64,000 nt of DNA, from positions 1 to 64,000 of the forward strand of contig CAUYUJ010000250.1 in NCBI GenBank assembly GCA_963575745.1, given 5' to 3'. Of the stretch, positions 12,701 to 24,442 are shown in pieces. The stretch's first letter is position 1, and every line of letters starts with the position of its first letter. The notes beneath the pieces are model-generated. The model was not told the origin of the DNA and ran no database searches. It was given only the letters and a program-made list of their open reading frames with translations. This DNA comes from Prorocentrum cordatum. Lineage: Eukaryota. The position numbers and the translations under genes are program-made.

Positions 12701-13699
12701 TCGCGCGGACCGGGAGCGGACGAAGAGGACGAGGTCCGCGCCCAGCTCGACCAATGGCCGCGGCCCACTGCTTGCCACGAACCGTCGGCAGACGCGCTTG
12801 GAGCGGCTGCCGGGGCTGGCCGCGGCGCCGCCGCCGCTGGGGTCGGCCGCGCGCCGTTCCAAGGGTCGGCGCCCCGCATTGGATCGCCTTCGCTGGGGCC
12901 CCCGGCCCGCGATCACGCGCCAAAGCCGTCGCAGCTAACCAGCCACTCACGACAGCTGCTGCGCGTTCGCGAGCAGGCCATGCCGCAGCACTGCAAAATC
13001 ATGGCGGGATGCATATTCGACGCGCCCAGCGCGCGCAGCTAACGGTAACTGGGCCCCTCTTAGCCGAGCATGAGTCGACCAGCCTGCTGCGCCCTGTTGC
13101 GGAAGACGCCGAAGCCGGCGAGGAGGTTGTCGATGCGCTTCTGCGGCAATCAATCCAAGTTCATCTGGCCCGACACGATTGGGCGCGCCCCCCCTCGCCG
13201 AGCTGGCCGCGCCGCTCGGCCAGGCCGCGCGCCAGGAGGGTCACTGCGGGCGCTGGGCCGCCGTTGATGCGACCTCCCTGGATCAGGACAGCGAACGGCA
13301 ACTCGGCCACGCACTCGCGCGGCATGCCGGCGAGGCGAGACGACACGTAGACCGCCTCGCGGAACTCGTTGAGGTTGGAGTTCGCCACTGACCAAATCAT
13401 GACCGCCCGCAAGCAGCGTTGGAGGGGCACACGAGCTTGCTGCTCGAGCCCCCGGGTGCGGAGGCGTCGCGCGTTGCTGCCGCAACCGCCGCCAGCGCCC
13501 ACGCAAGCGACGCAGCTGGCGGCAGCGACCATGCCCACTCCGATGGCCTTTCATCCAGAGTGGAGCCCCATCTGTGCATCGAAAAGGGGCCAGGGTCTTG
13601 CCCACCAGTGGCGTTGCTCAGGGAATATTAAAAAGCCTCCATACCGTCGTGGGTACCTGTCCCGCGCATGCGCATCCTCGACAACGCATTGGGCATGTT

Positions 13700-14602
13700 A
13701 TTCCGTCGCACGGTTGCGGTGCGACCGGCGCTCGGAGAACCCGACAATGTAGTCATGGGAATGTTCGTCGCGCATCACTTTGTCACTGTACTGGACACCA
13801 CGAACTGCACGATCGTCAAAAGGATTACGCATCGGAGCCCAGATCTGCCAGACTGCAGGGAGCGCGCGAGCGATGTTGAGAACAGGTTCCGAGAGATCGC
13901 AGACGGATGGTCCCAGGTCCGTTTGGCGGAGCCCCAGAGTGCTGACAACAGAATTGCCAGACCCTTCACTATCTCCCCGATCTTCTCCGCATGTGCATCC
14001 CCTGGCTCTGGGGACATAAACGCCATAAGATCGGGACGCTTCACGAACACCGTAGATATGAACGTCGGATCAATCGACTGTCGGACACTTTCGGCTACCG
14101 GGCGGACGCAATGGAGACGTCGACTCCATAGCCTCTGTCTCCCAGAGCTCCTGCAACATAGTCGCAGGGAGCTCGGGGAACGTCGCCAACACCGTAGACG
14201 TGAACGCTGCGTCAAACAACTGTCTGACGCCGAAGGCTATATTCACAAGAGAATGCAATGAGGGCGTCGGGTCTACGAGCTGCTCAGACATAGTCTGTGC
14301 AAATCGAGGAGCGAGCGACGAGGGAGGCGGCGCGGGGCCGTGATCCTTGTAGTCGAAGTCCTTGGAAATGTCCGCGCACAGCTCCCCCCGTCACGAGGGA
14401 CTGGTAGGGCAACGCGAAGGCGGAGGTAGAGCGGGGAGACGCTGGCGATTTCGTTGTCGAGCGGCGAAACGCTGTGCATCTCATTGAAGAGGCGACCGAG
14501 AGGCTGCCACGCGGGCCATGTCGATGTGGACCGAAGAGCCGAAGCACCGCTACAAATTAGAAGTGCAAAGCTGAAGACGAAGGAGCACTTCAAAATATGC
14601 AC
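13700..14602 (-). pseudogene. hydrophobic, signal-peptide-like ORF upstream of gag (disrupted)
   Basis: HILKCSFVFSFALLICSGASA..., QSIDPT...LLSALWGS...WDH...ISRNL...VILLTIVQFVVSSTVT; homologous to 50835-51693. Confidence 0.5.
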
Positions 14603-14725
14603 TCAGCGTAGAGCGGGAGGTGCAAAGCGCGTCTGACAGCAGGCGCGGAGGGTGGCCACCCTTGAGCCACGAAAGGCGGCGGCAAAGACAGAGGCCCTCC
14701 CCGCACCCAGCATTCACTGATAACC
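14555..14725 (-). repeat. 5' terminal direct repeat (LTR or LTR part) of the Copia element
   Basis: Direct repeat of 3960-4126; contains an SL-like motif at 14661-14682. Confidence 0.75.
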
Positions 14726-15314
14726 CGCCTCTCGATCAGCAGGGGGGGGAGCAGCTGCAACAGCAAGGACAGGAGGAGGAGGAGGAGGGGAGGGGGGAGA
14801 AGGAAGAGGAGAAAGAAAAACCAAGGGGGAGCAGGTGGGGCTGGACTGGGCCCAGCTGCTGGGGGCCTTTTTGAAAACCATCCCGAGGCCCCTGGAGCCT
14901 CGACCGGCGCGAGCAAACTCCAAAAAGGCCCCCCGCAGGCCTTTGGAGGGCCTGCAGGGGGCCAGAGGATGCCTCGACGAGCCCCACGAGGAGGCCAAGA
15001 AGGGAAGGGGGTGGGGGGGCTGGCGGTCGTCACGAGGACTTCCTTGGCTCCAGCAGCGCGCGCCGGGGCGCCTGCCCCGCCTCTCGGGTCGGACGACAGG
15101 GGGGATTCGCCAAGGGGGGAATTCAAGAGAGCAGGAAAAACGTAAGGACCAACATAGATGGCGTGGGGGATACTTCTTCCCTCCCTCCCCCCCCCAAAAA
15201 AAAAGCAAACAAACCAAGGTCGGCGAGTGGCAAACCGCACCCAGGAGGGACAAAGTAGAGGTTCAAGGGGGAGAAACAAAAAAACCTTGCAAAGAACGGG
15301 GGCAGCAAATCCGC

Positions 15315-15386
15315 CTGCGAAGCTCGGCTGTCCCGAGGCCTCCCGGGGCCAGAGGCGCCAGCGCATCGAAGAAGAAGAAGGGCGCC
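15315..15386 (-). CDS. candidate 72-nt upstream exon
   Basis: CAG|G acceptor and CAG|GC donor; 72 nt long, so it preserves phase 0 between the 15700-15790 exon and the acceptor at 3666. Confidence 0.3.
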
Positions 15387-15423
15387 CTGCGGCGAGCCGA
15401 CCAGCTGCAGCTTTCGTGGCCCC

Positions 15424-15651
15424 TTCGGTGGCAACTCATGGGAGCCTCCCATACCATCTTGTGGGCTCTTGCGAATCCACGCTAATCGGCACTAAATCGA
15501 CGCTAGTCGACGCTAAATCGACGCTAGTCGACGCTAACCGACGCCAAATCGGCGCTTCTCATCGACTCGGACTCCAGACGCCAATCGACGCGAATTGACG
15601 CCAACGGCGGAATTTAAAAGGCACACCAGGCCCCCATGAGTTGCCACCGAA
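15424..15651. mobile_element. MITE with TT...AA ends and 6-bp TSD
   Basis: TIR ttcggtggcaactcatggg(a/g)gcc with 1 mismatch; GGCCCC at 15418-23 and 15652-57; internal tcgacgcta repeats. Confidence 0.75.
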
Positions 15652-15699
15652 GGCCCCCCCTTCCCCAGCCCCCCCGCCCCCCCCTCGTCCGACCCGAGC

Positions 15700-15790
15700 C
15701 TCCGCGTGGGCACTCAGCGCCGCGGCAAGCTCCTGGCAACTCCGCGGCGCCCTGGCCGCAGCGGCGCCGGCGGCCGCCGCGCCGCCGCAC
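15700..15790 (-). CDS. candidate upstream exon of the pseudouridine synthase gene
   Basis: CAG|G acceptor (15791-92) and GAG|GC donor (15699-98). Encodes ...PRSCQELAAALSAHAE, which resembles the helical repeats of the main exon, and ends in phase 0. Confidence 0.4.
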
Positions 15791-16082
15791 CTGGAGGCGG
15801 CCTCTCGCGGAGGCCGCCAGAGGCCTGCGGAGGCCTTCGGGGCCTTCGGGCGTCTGCCGAAGGCTTGCCGGGGTCCTCGGAAGCCTTGGGAGTTCCCTCG
15901 GGGGTCCTTCGGGGGATGGAAAGCCATTCATGGGGAGATCGACTAGACCTCTGGGTGTCCACGCTGCGAGACACAAAACGAAAACATGCATAAAAGACAA
16001 CAAAAAATGACGAACGAGCAAACCGTACAAACAAACAAAACACATACACAGGCAAACAAGCAAGCAAGCAAGCACAACAAGC

Positions 16083-16132
<50 letters not shown>

Positions 16133-16933
16133 CATTTTACCCGAACGCGTGGTGTTCTCCCCAGTGCCAGGGTTTTCATACGACACCAGGCAATACCCCC
16201 ACTTCGTGGGGGGGCATTACAAGCTCTACCAAATATCCAAACGACTCTTCGCGACCACCCAAACCCAGCTTCCCGCCCTATGACGTTGGGACACTTCACT
16301 TCGTGGCGTGCGGACGACCGTGGCTACTACACTGGCGTGGGGTACACACCCACAGAACTTGGTCACTTATTCGGGGCGCGCATGTGCCCAGCATGGTGCA
16401 ATTGTGCCATGCTGGGCACATGCGCGGATGGTATTATTTGACAGGGATGATGGCCCTGGCAGGTGCGCAACCGTTGTCGCAGAAGTTCGAAAAAGTTGCT
16501 CGCAAAAGCCCGTTTGACAGAAATGTTTAAAAAGTGTTGGGTTTCCTACGAATCCGCAAGAGCGCGCGGGATGAGATTTTGACATTTTTTTGTTGAAAAA
16601 CCATTGGTTTTTTGATGTTTTTATGTTAAAATCGCTCCGAACACTAAGCTTTTGGAAGGATTTCGTCTTGCGCGCGCGAATGTCCACTTTACCTTATTTT
16701 TTGCAAGGGATTCTTGAAATTTGATTATATTAGAACAAGAAATGTCATTTTATAGTGTTTTTTGCAAGGGAAAACGGATTACAACAAAACAACCGGATCT
16801 GGACCCCATCCACTTTTCTGAAGCTTTCGCGAAAAAATGATGAAAATGTAGCTGCGGCCTAGGCGCGGCGGGGGGGCCGTGCACCAGGGGTCCCAACAAT
16901 AATTATTCTTTAGAATTAATAATGTTCAACAAG

Positions 16934-17347
16934 GAAAAGGCGTGCGTGGGAGCCCCGTGAGCTCTAGCCGGCCGGACCCGTCCTCGCCTTATTGCGAAGG
17001 CTGCGCTCAGAGCCCCGTGGACGCATTCTGACCCCCCCCCCCCAGCAACAGCAACAGCAACCAGCAACGAAAAAAAAAAAACTGGAACTCCCTTGGACTC
17101 CCTTACGGACCTTGACGTGGTCCTATGGGTGAAAAACGTATGCGTGCCGGCGTGCCGCCGCTTCAATACAGATCCGATACAGACTGTATAGGATCCTGTA
17201 GAGATCCAATACAGACTGTATGGGATCCGATACAGATCCGATACAGACTATGCCTCGTCTTACTCATCATCATCATCATCCACCTCGTCTTACTCATTGT
17301 CCACCTCGTCTTTCTCATCATCAGCATCATCGTCCACCTCGTCTTAC

Positions 17348-17393
<46 letters not shown>

Positions 17394-17822
17394 GATCATC
17401 ATCGTCATCATCCTCATCCACGTCGTCCTCATCATCACCATCCCCATCATCATGATCAACATGATCATCATCATCATCATCATCATCATCATCGTCGTCA
17501 TCATCACCATCATCATCATCATCATCATCATCATCGTAGTCGTGGTCGTCATCATCATCATCATCATCGTCATCAGCATCCTCATCCACGTCATCCTCAT
17601 CATCACCATCCTCATCATCATCATCCTCATCATCATCATCATCATCAGAATCCTCATCCGCATCCTTATCATCATCATCGTCGTCGTCATCATCACCATC
17701 ATTATCATTGTCATTGTCGTCGTCGGCGGCCTCGTCCTCCGCCCCGCCAATGTCCCTCTATCTCCCTGCCCCTCCCACCGGGCGGGCACGCCAGGTGGCG
17801 CGCGGTGGCGGGGCGACGAAAC

Positions 17823-17853
<31 letters not shown>

Positions 17854-17858
17854 AACGA

Positions 17859-17899
<41 letters not shown>

Positions 17900-18284
17900 A
17901 CGGGGGTTATAGAATTCCTACGGAGGCCTATAGAATTCCTATGGAGGCCGATAAAATTCCTATGGAGGCTGATGAAATTTTCATGGGGGCTTATATAGAA
18001 TTCCTATCGAGACCTATAAAATTCCTATGGAGGTCCATCGAATTCCGATGGAGGCCTATAGAATTCCCATGGGGGCCTGTAGAATTCCTATGGAGTCCTA
18101 TAGAATTCCGATGGGGGCCTATAGAATTCCGAGGGAGGACTATAGAATTCCTATGGAAGCCTATAGACTTCCTAGGAAATCCTATTAGGGAATCCTTGGC
18201 GCCCCCAGGAGACCCCCAGAGAGGGTTGCTCGGTTGCTCGGTTGCTTGGGGGGGGGCGGCCGGGGCTCCCACGCACGCCTTTTC
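16934..18284. mobile_element. 1.35-kb non-autonomous TIR element filled with simple repeats
   Basis: Perfect 24-bp TIR gaaaaggcgtgcgtgggagccccg (16934-57 and 18261-84) plus subterminal poly-C/agcaac motifs at both ends. Confidence 0.65.
17908..18190 (+). repeat. 21-bp minisatellite (tatagaattcctatggaggcc)
   Basis: About 13 degenerate tandem copies. Confidence 0.9.
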
Positions 18285-18338
<54 letters not shown>

Positions 18339-18435
18339 CCTCCACAGCAGCAGCAACAGCAACAACAACGACAGCAACAACAACGACAACAACAATATCA
18401 ACACCATCAATAACAACAACAATAACAACAACAAT

Positions 18436-20219
18436 CATGTTATGACTGTTCGCTCCTATTTTCTCGCGTGTCATTCAACTCGTATATCCACACCCTCGGT
18501 GCCCGCCCTCTTCGTCTTCAATCGTACCCTTTGGGGGCATATCTTCCTTACCTGCCACGTGCATGTAGCGCAGCCCGTAAAACAGGGAAGAGAGGACGGA
18601 TGGAAGGGGGAGGGAGAAAGATGGAGCACGAGAGAAATTAGCAGGAGAGGGGTTCAGACCAGAAAACACGTGGCAGAACCAGACGGACAGAACGGGCGGG
18701 TAGACCCTAGCGAGTGGGTCGGGAAGGCGAGCCCACGCGGCCAGGTCGAGCAGGCGGGTTGCTGAAGCGTGAGTCTTGCATGAACCGCGAGGAAGTCTCA
18801 AGCGATAGCGCAATTCCGAAGGAAATCCAGTAAAAAAAAAGGCCAAGCGAGAGAGTGATTCCTGAGGGTCGAGGGCACAGCGTCTGAATGAATCGTAAAA
18901 GAGTCCCTCTCAAGAGCGCGATTCCTGCATAAGTTGTGGGGAAGTCCCGCGCGAGAGCGGGATGTTGGAATAACTTGTGAGGAATTATCAATCGGGAGCC
19001 GTTGTTGTTGCAGTTCGGCCGCCAACAGCGCAGCTAGGTGACCCCATCGCTTCCCCCTGTAAAAAAAGAGTGCGAGCCCCGGGAGAAGCACTTTAACTAA
19101 AAATCAACGGTTACCAGGCAGGGGGTGATCAACAATCACTGTCTTCTAGAAATCAAACTTCAAGAACAACAACCACAACAACAACAACCACAACAGCAGG
19201 AGCAACAACAACCATGCATGTTAAGACTGTTCGCTCTTATCTGCCGGCGTGCCATCCAACACGAACGTCCCAAACCCTCGATACGCGCCTTCTTCGTCTT
19301 CGGTCTTACCCCCTTGGTGGTAGATCTTCTCCACCTGCCACATGTATAACGGGCGGGTCGGGAAGGCGGGTCCAGGCGGCCAAGCCAAGCAGGCGAATTG
19401 CTCAAGCGTGTAAACTAAATTAATCGCAAGGCCGGGCCGTCTCGAGCGATAGCGCGATTCTCAAGTAAATCGTGAGGAAGGCCAGAGCGAGGGCGTGACT
19501 CCTGAGTGTCGAGGGCGCGGCGTCTGCAGAAATGTTGAGGAAATCTCGCGCGAGACAGCGATTCCTGCATACATGTTGAGGAACTCCCGCGCGAGAGCAA
19601 GAGCACGATTTTGGAATAACTTGTGAGGAAGTCTCAGGCGGGAGCTATTGTTTTTGTAAACTGGGGGCCAGGAGGCCAATCTGAGCACCAAGACTTTCCC
19701 AAAACAGGGTGCGAGCCCCAGGAGGAGCACTTTAGTTGAAAAGCATAATGGTCACCGGGTGGGCCAGCAATAACTATTTATACATGAGTAGTCAGCAATC
19801 ATGTTCAGACTGTTCGCTCTGATCTACTCACGAGTCGCTCAGTTTGTAGATCCCAAACCCTCGATACCCGCCCGTATCGTCTTCGATCGTAACCCCATTA
19901 AGGGTGTATCTTCCCTACCTGCCGCGTGTGGTTGGCGCAGCCGCTAAAACAGGGGAAGGAAGGAAGGAGGGAAGGGAAGAGACAAGGGGGAGAAAGAAGG
20001 ACAGAGCACGAGAGAGATTTGCAGGAGTGGGGGCCAGGAGCAGGAGCGGGCGGGTCGGGCGGGCGGACCCTAACGGGCAGGTCGGGCGGGCGGGCACGGC
20101 GCCGCAATAAATCGTCGAGAGGTGTCATGCGAGAGCGCGATTCCTGCATAATACTGGCGACGTCCCGTGCGAGAGCGCGGTCTTGAAATACAGCGTGAGG
20201 AAGTATCAAGCGGGAGCCG

Positions 20220-20253
<34 letters not shown>

Positions 20254-22060
20254 AAGTCGGGGGCCAAGTGCACAGTTTGAGAACCAAGACTTCCCCTTGT
20301 AAAAAATAGGGTGCGTGCCCCGGAAGGAGCTTCTATTGAAAAACACACGGTGCACAGCAGGGGGTGTCAAAGATAGCTATTGTTGAGAAATGAGAATTCA
20401 GCAATCACTTTGAGACTGTTCGCTCCGACCTGCTCGCGTACCATTCAACACGTATATCGCAAACCCTCGGTACCCGCCCTCTTCGTCTTCGATCGCATCC
20501 CCTTACCTGCCACCTGTATGTAGCGCAGCCCCTAAAACAGGGGAAGAGCGGAAGGATGGAAGGGGGCAGGGAGGAGGATGGAGCACGAGAGAGATTAGCA
20601 GGAAGGATAGCAGGAGCAGGAAACACGATGCAGAACCAGACGGGCAGATCGGGCAGGCCTGCCGAAACTCTTACATCACCATGCAAGTGCACACGAACAG
20701 CAACGAAACAATAAAAAGCTGCAAAACGTGGTTAAATGAACTGTGACCCCGACACGCGGGGGATCAAGCGAATTGCTTAATTTCTTCCACGGGTTGCTGT
20801 GCGAGGACATTTTGTCGGGCTCGCAATGCTTGTCGAGACTCTTGACCTGGCCCCTGGCGTCATAACTACACTTGTGACGGGTGCCCCCCAAAAAAGAGCC
20901 GTCCGAGTATTCGAGCAACGAGCACCGATGGCAAGGCTCCCTGAGGCGAGACGGCTGGAGGCACTTAACCGTGTTACACGACCCTGGGGGTGACTCCTTG
21001 GAGATCTTGCCTCTGCGGCCTCCCAAACGTTCAGAACACTGCCAGTACTCCTCCTCCTCCTCCTCCTCCTTCTCCTCCTCCTCCTCCTCCTCCTCCTCCT
21101 CCTCCTCCTCCTCCTCCTCCTCCTCCTCCTCCTCCTCCTCCTCCCCCTCCCCCGCCCCTTCCCCCTCCTTAGCTGCCAACCCAACCCCACTTCCACTCGC
21201 GGGCGGGTCTGCCCGACTCCTTCCGTCGAGCAGGCGGGGCTGGGGCACGCTGGACCTCGGGACCGAGGGCCAGCTTGGGCCACAGCGACAAAAGCTTGGC
21301 CCCCAGACGACCCAGGGCCCTGGCGACAGCAACCCGACGACCACGGCCCTCGGATTCCGCGGGGGAGGAAGAAGGAAGGAGCACGAGAGAGACTAGCGGG
21401 AGCGGGGTTAAGAGCACGAAGACAAGCGGCAAAACCAGAAGGGCGGGTCGCGAGGGCGGACGGGCGGGTCGAGCGGGCGGGCCAAGACGGCCGGCTCGAG
21501 CAGGCGGGTCGCTGAAGCGTCCGTCGAGTCTGCGCGAATCGCAAGAAAGTCTCCAGCGATAGTGCGATTCCCGAGTAGATCGTGAGGAAGTCCTGAGAGA
21601 GAGCGTGATTCCTGAGTGTCGAGGGCGCGGCGTCTCAACAAGTTGCGAGAAAGTCACACGCGAGAGCGCGATTCCTCCATAAATCGCAAGGCCGTCCAGC
21701 GCGAGAGCGCAAATTTGAATGAATTGTGAAGAAGTATCAGGCGGGAGCTTAGTGGGCCCTGGAAACGGCAGGGCCCTTCTTTACCGGTTCCGTTTTGCTG
21801 CTTTTTGCCGGTTCCGTCGCCGTTGTTTCTCGGGTTCCAGCTCTGGTTCCAATCCCGGAGCTGTTTTTGTTGCTGTTTCTGGTCGCCGTGTTTGTTGCCG
21901 CTTCCATTTTCAAGAGACACTTTTCGGAAACGGTAAAGAAAAAAAACGGCCCTGCCGTTTCCGGGGCCCACTAGGGCGAAAACCGCTCTTGTTGTAAACC
22001 GGAGGCCAGGGACACGGTCTGAGGCCCGAGGCTTCCCTCTGTAAATGAGCCCGGCGCGAC
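18436..22060 (+). repeat. diverged tandem array of 600-780-bp units
   Basis: The unit start gactgttcgctc...accctcg...cgtcttc recurs at ~18444, 19225, 19808 and 20414; gagagcgcgattcct and tgtgaggaag motifs are shared; a partial fifth unit lies at 21370-22060. Confidence 0.8.
21750..21973. mobile_element. MITE
   Basis: TIR tagtgggccc(t/c)ggaaacggcagggcc...ttaccg(g/t)ttccg; interrupts the last unit of the 18.4-22.1 kb array. Confidence 0.75.
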
Positions 22061-22096
22061 CCCAATCAGGGAAAAGTTTCCTACTGCATGGGCGCA

Positions 22097-23868
22097 ATGC
22101 TTGGCGCATTGCTTGGCATCGCTTGGCATTACTTGGCATTGCTTGGCATGGCTTCGCATTGCGTGGCATTGCGTCGCATTGCTTTGCATTGCTTGGCATT
22201 GCTTGGCATTGCTTAGCATGCGTTGTCATTGCTTCGCATTGCTTGGCATTCCTTGGCATTGCTTGGCATTACGTCGCATTGCTTGGCATTGCTTGACATT
22301 GCTTAGCATTGCTTGGCATTGCTTGGTATTGCTTCGCATTGCGTCGCATTGCTTTACATTGCGTCGCATTGCTTGGCATCGCTTGGCATTGCTAGGCATT
22401 GCGTCGCATTGCTTCGCATTGCTTAACATTGCGTCGCATTGCTTGGCATTGCTTGGCATTGCTTGGCATTGCTTCGCATTGCTTTGCATTGCTTCGCATT
22501 GCTTGGCATTGTTTGGCATCGCTTGCTTCGCATTGCTCTGCATTGCTTCGCATTGCTTGGCATTGTTTGGCATTGCTTCGCAGTGCATGGCATTGCGCCA
22601 CATTGCGTCGCATTGCTTGGCATTGCTTGGCATTGCTTGGCATCGCTTGGCATTGCGTGGCATTGATTGGCATTGCTCAGTAATGCTTGGCATTGGGTCG
22701 CATTGCTTTGTATTGCTTGACATTGCTTGGCATTGCTTAGCATGGGTTGACAGTGCCTCGCATTGCTTGGCATTGCTTGGCATTGCTTCGCATTGCGTCG
22801 CATTGCTTGGCATTGCTTGGCACTGCTTGGGGCAACCGGGGGCGGTGAACCCGAGGAGCCCTGGGAACCCGAGGAACCCGGGGAGCCCGAGGAACCCCCG
22901 AGGAACGGACCACGGGGCGGTGAACCCGATAAACCAAGGGAACCCGAGGAACCCGGGGAACACGAGAAACCTCTGGGAAACGGGCAACGTAACAACATGA
23001 GTCACCGGGGGCTGGGAACCCGAGGAAACTGGGGAACCACAGGAACCCGGGGAACCTCCGAGCAACGGGCAACGTAAGAATCCGAGGCACCAACCTTTAA
23101 CCAAGTAAGAACCCCTTGGCATTGCTTGGCATTGCGTCGCATTGCTTGGCATTGCGTAGCATTGCCTTGCATTGCTTCGCATTGCTTGGCATTCCTTGAC
23201 ATTGCTTCGCATTGCGAAACATTGCTTGGCATTGCTTAACATTGCGTCGCATTGCGTCGCATTGCGTCGCATTGCTTTGCATTGCGTCGCATTGCTTGGC
23301 ATCGCTTGGCATTGCCTCGCATTGTGTCGCATTGCTTGGCATTTCGTCGCATTGCTTGGCGTTGCTTGGCGCTGCTTGGCACTGATTGCTTGGAAATGCT
23401 TGGCATTGCGTCGCATTGCTTTGCATTGCTTGGCATTGCTTAGCATGGGCTGACAATGCTTCGCATTGCTTGGCATTGCTTCGAATTGCGTCGCATTGCT
23501 TGGCATCGCTTGGCCTTGCGTCGCATTGCGTCGCATTGCTTGGCATTGCGTCGCATTGCGTCGCATTGCTTGGCACTGCTTGGGGCAACCGGGGGCGGTG
23601 AGCCCGAGGAGCCCGGGGAACCCGAGGAACCCAGGGAACCCGAGAAACCTCCGAGGAACGGGCAACGGGGTGGTGAACCCGAGGAACCCAGGGAACTCGA
23701 GGAACACGGGGAACACGAGGAACCTTTGGGAAACGGGCAACGTAACAACAGGAGTCACCGGGGGCTGGGAACCCGAGGAAACTGGGGAACCACAGGAACC
23801 CGGGGAACCTCCGAGCAACGGGCAACGTAAGAATCAGGCACCAACCTTTAACCACGTAAGAACCCCTT
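22097..23868 (+). repeat. 10-bp satellite (gcattgcttg) plus ggaaccc block, duplicated as a higher-order unit
   Basis: Satellite at 22097-22830 and 23115-23583, each followed by near-identical blocks 22830-23115 and 23583-23868. Confidence 0.95.
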
Positions 23869-24442
23869 AGGCAAGCCTGAATGGGGAAAAACAGGGTGTG
23901 AGCCCAAACTGGATAGACAAAAAAAAAAAAACGAGATGAACGGGAGGGGGGATCAACCACGAGTATCCTGCAGAAGTGAGAACTCAACATCAAAACGACA
24001 ACAACGTAACGTCGGAGGAAGGGTGAGCACAGGATCCAGGATGCATCAACGATGCTGCACTTCAACCTCGCGTCCCAACTCCCCACTTCTCGAGCCCCTT
24101 GGAGACTTGCCCTTCGCTACGGGAAGGGCGCCCCCTTGGAAGACGAGCGCCCCATGGGCCCGCCATTCGGGCGAGGGCTCCGCGGCAGGACACAAAATTT
24201 AAGGAAGCGTCCAACAACAACCCCGTTTTGGCAACTCCTCCTCCTCGAGAACGGGGGACTGTGGAGCCCCTCGGGGTTCCAAGTCGCGCTCGCGAGGCTT
24301 TCACACTGAGTTCGCGCGTGCGTCTTTCAGTGGTGTGCGTACTCTTTGGCGTCCTCCTCTCCTTCCGCCTCCCCCTCCTCCGCCTCCTCCTCCGCCTCCT
24401 CCTTTTTGTTCTCTCCCCCCCCCCAAAGAAAAAGGAAACCAA

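Larger units (their letters stand above)
3960..14725 (-). mobile_element. decayed Ty1/Copia LTR retrotransposon carrying a DNMT-like domain
   Basis: Minus-strand order: gag-like (RAVMIWS...SRLAGMPRE...GGRINGG, 13160-13540; NPR...SICGS knuckle relic ~12270-12320), protease (WAIIDRG ~10370), DNMT-like (9120-9720), integrase (VVYNCRGCRKW...STRFNQHVECDIL, 8100-8300), RT (ALRGFRD, EDAPGAFSMKL, LRFDDLK, 5300-6140), RNase H (DTRDIIADPMTKG ~4740). Integrase before RT is Copia order. Flanked by direct repeats 3960-4125 and 14555-14724. Many stops and frameshifts. Confidence 0.85.

Noticed and set aside
16150..16900. Additional MITEs in the AT-rich stretch
   Set aside because: Inverted matches are too short and degenerate to support by eye.
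17125..18765. Long poly-Ile/His/Met ORFs, and similar ones at 22.1-23.8, 25.0-26.9, 53.6-55.1 and 57.5-59.4 kb
   Set aside because: These are stop-free translations of microsatellites and satellites.
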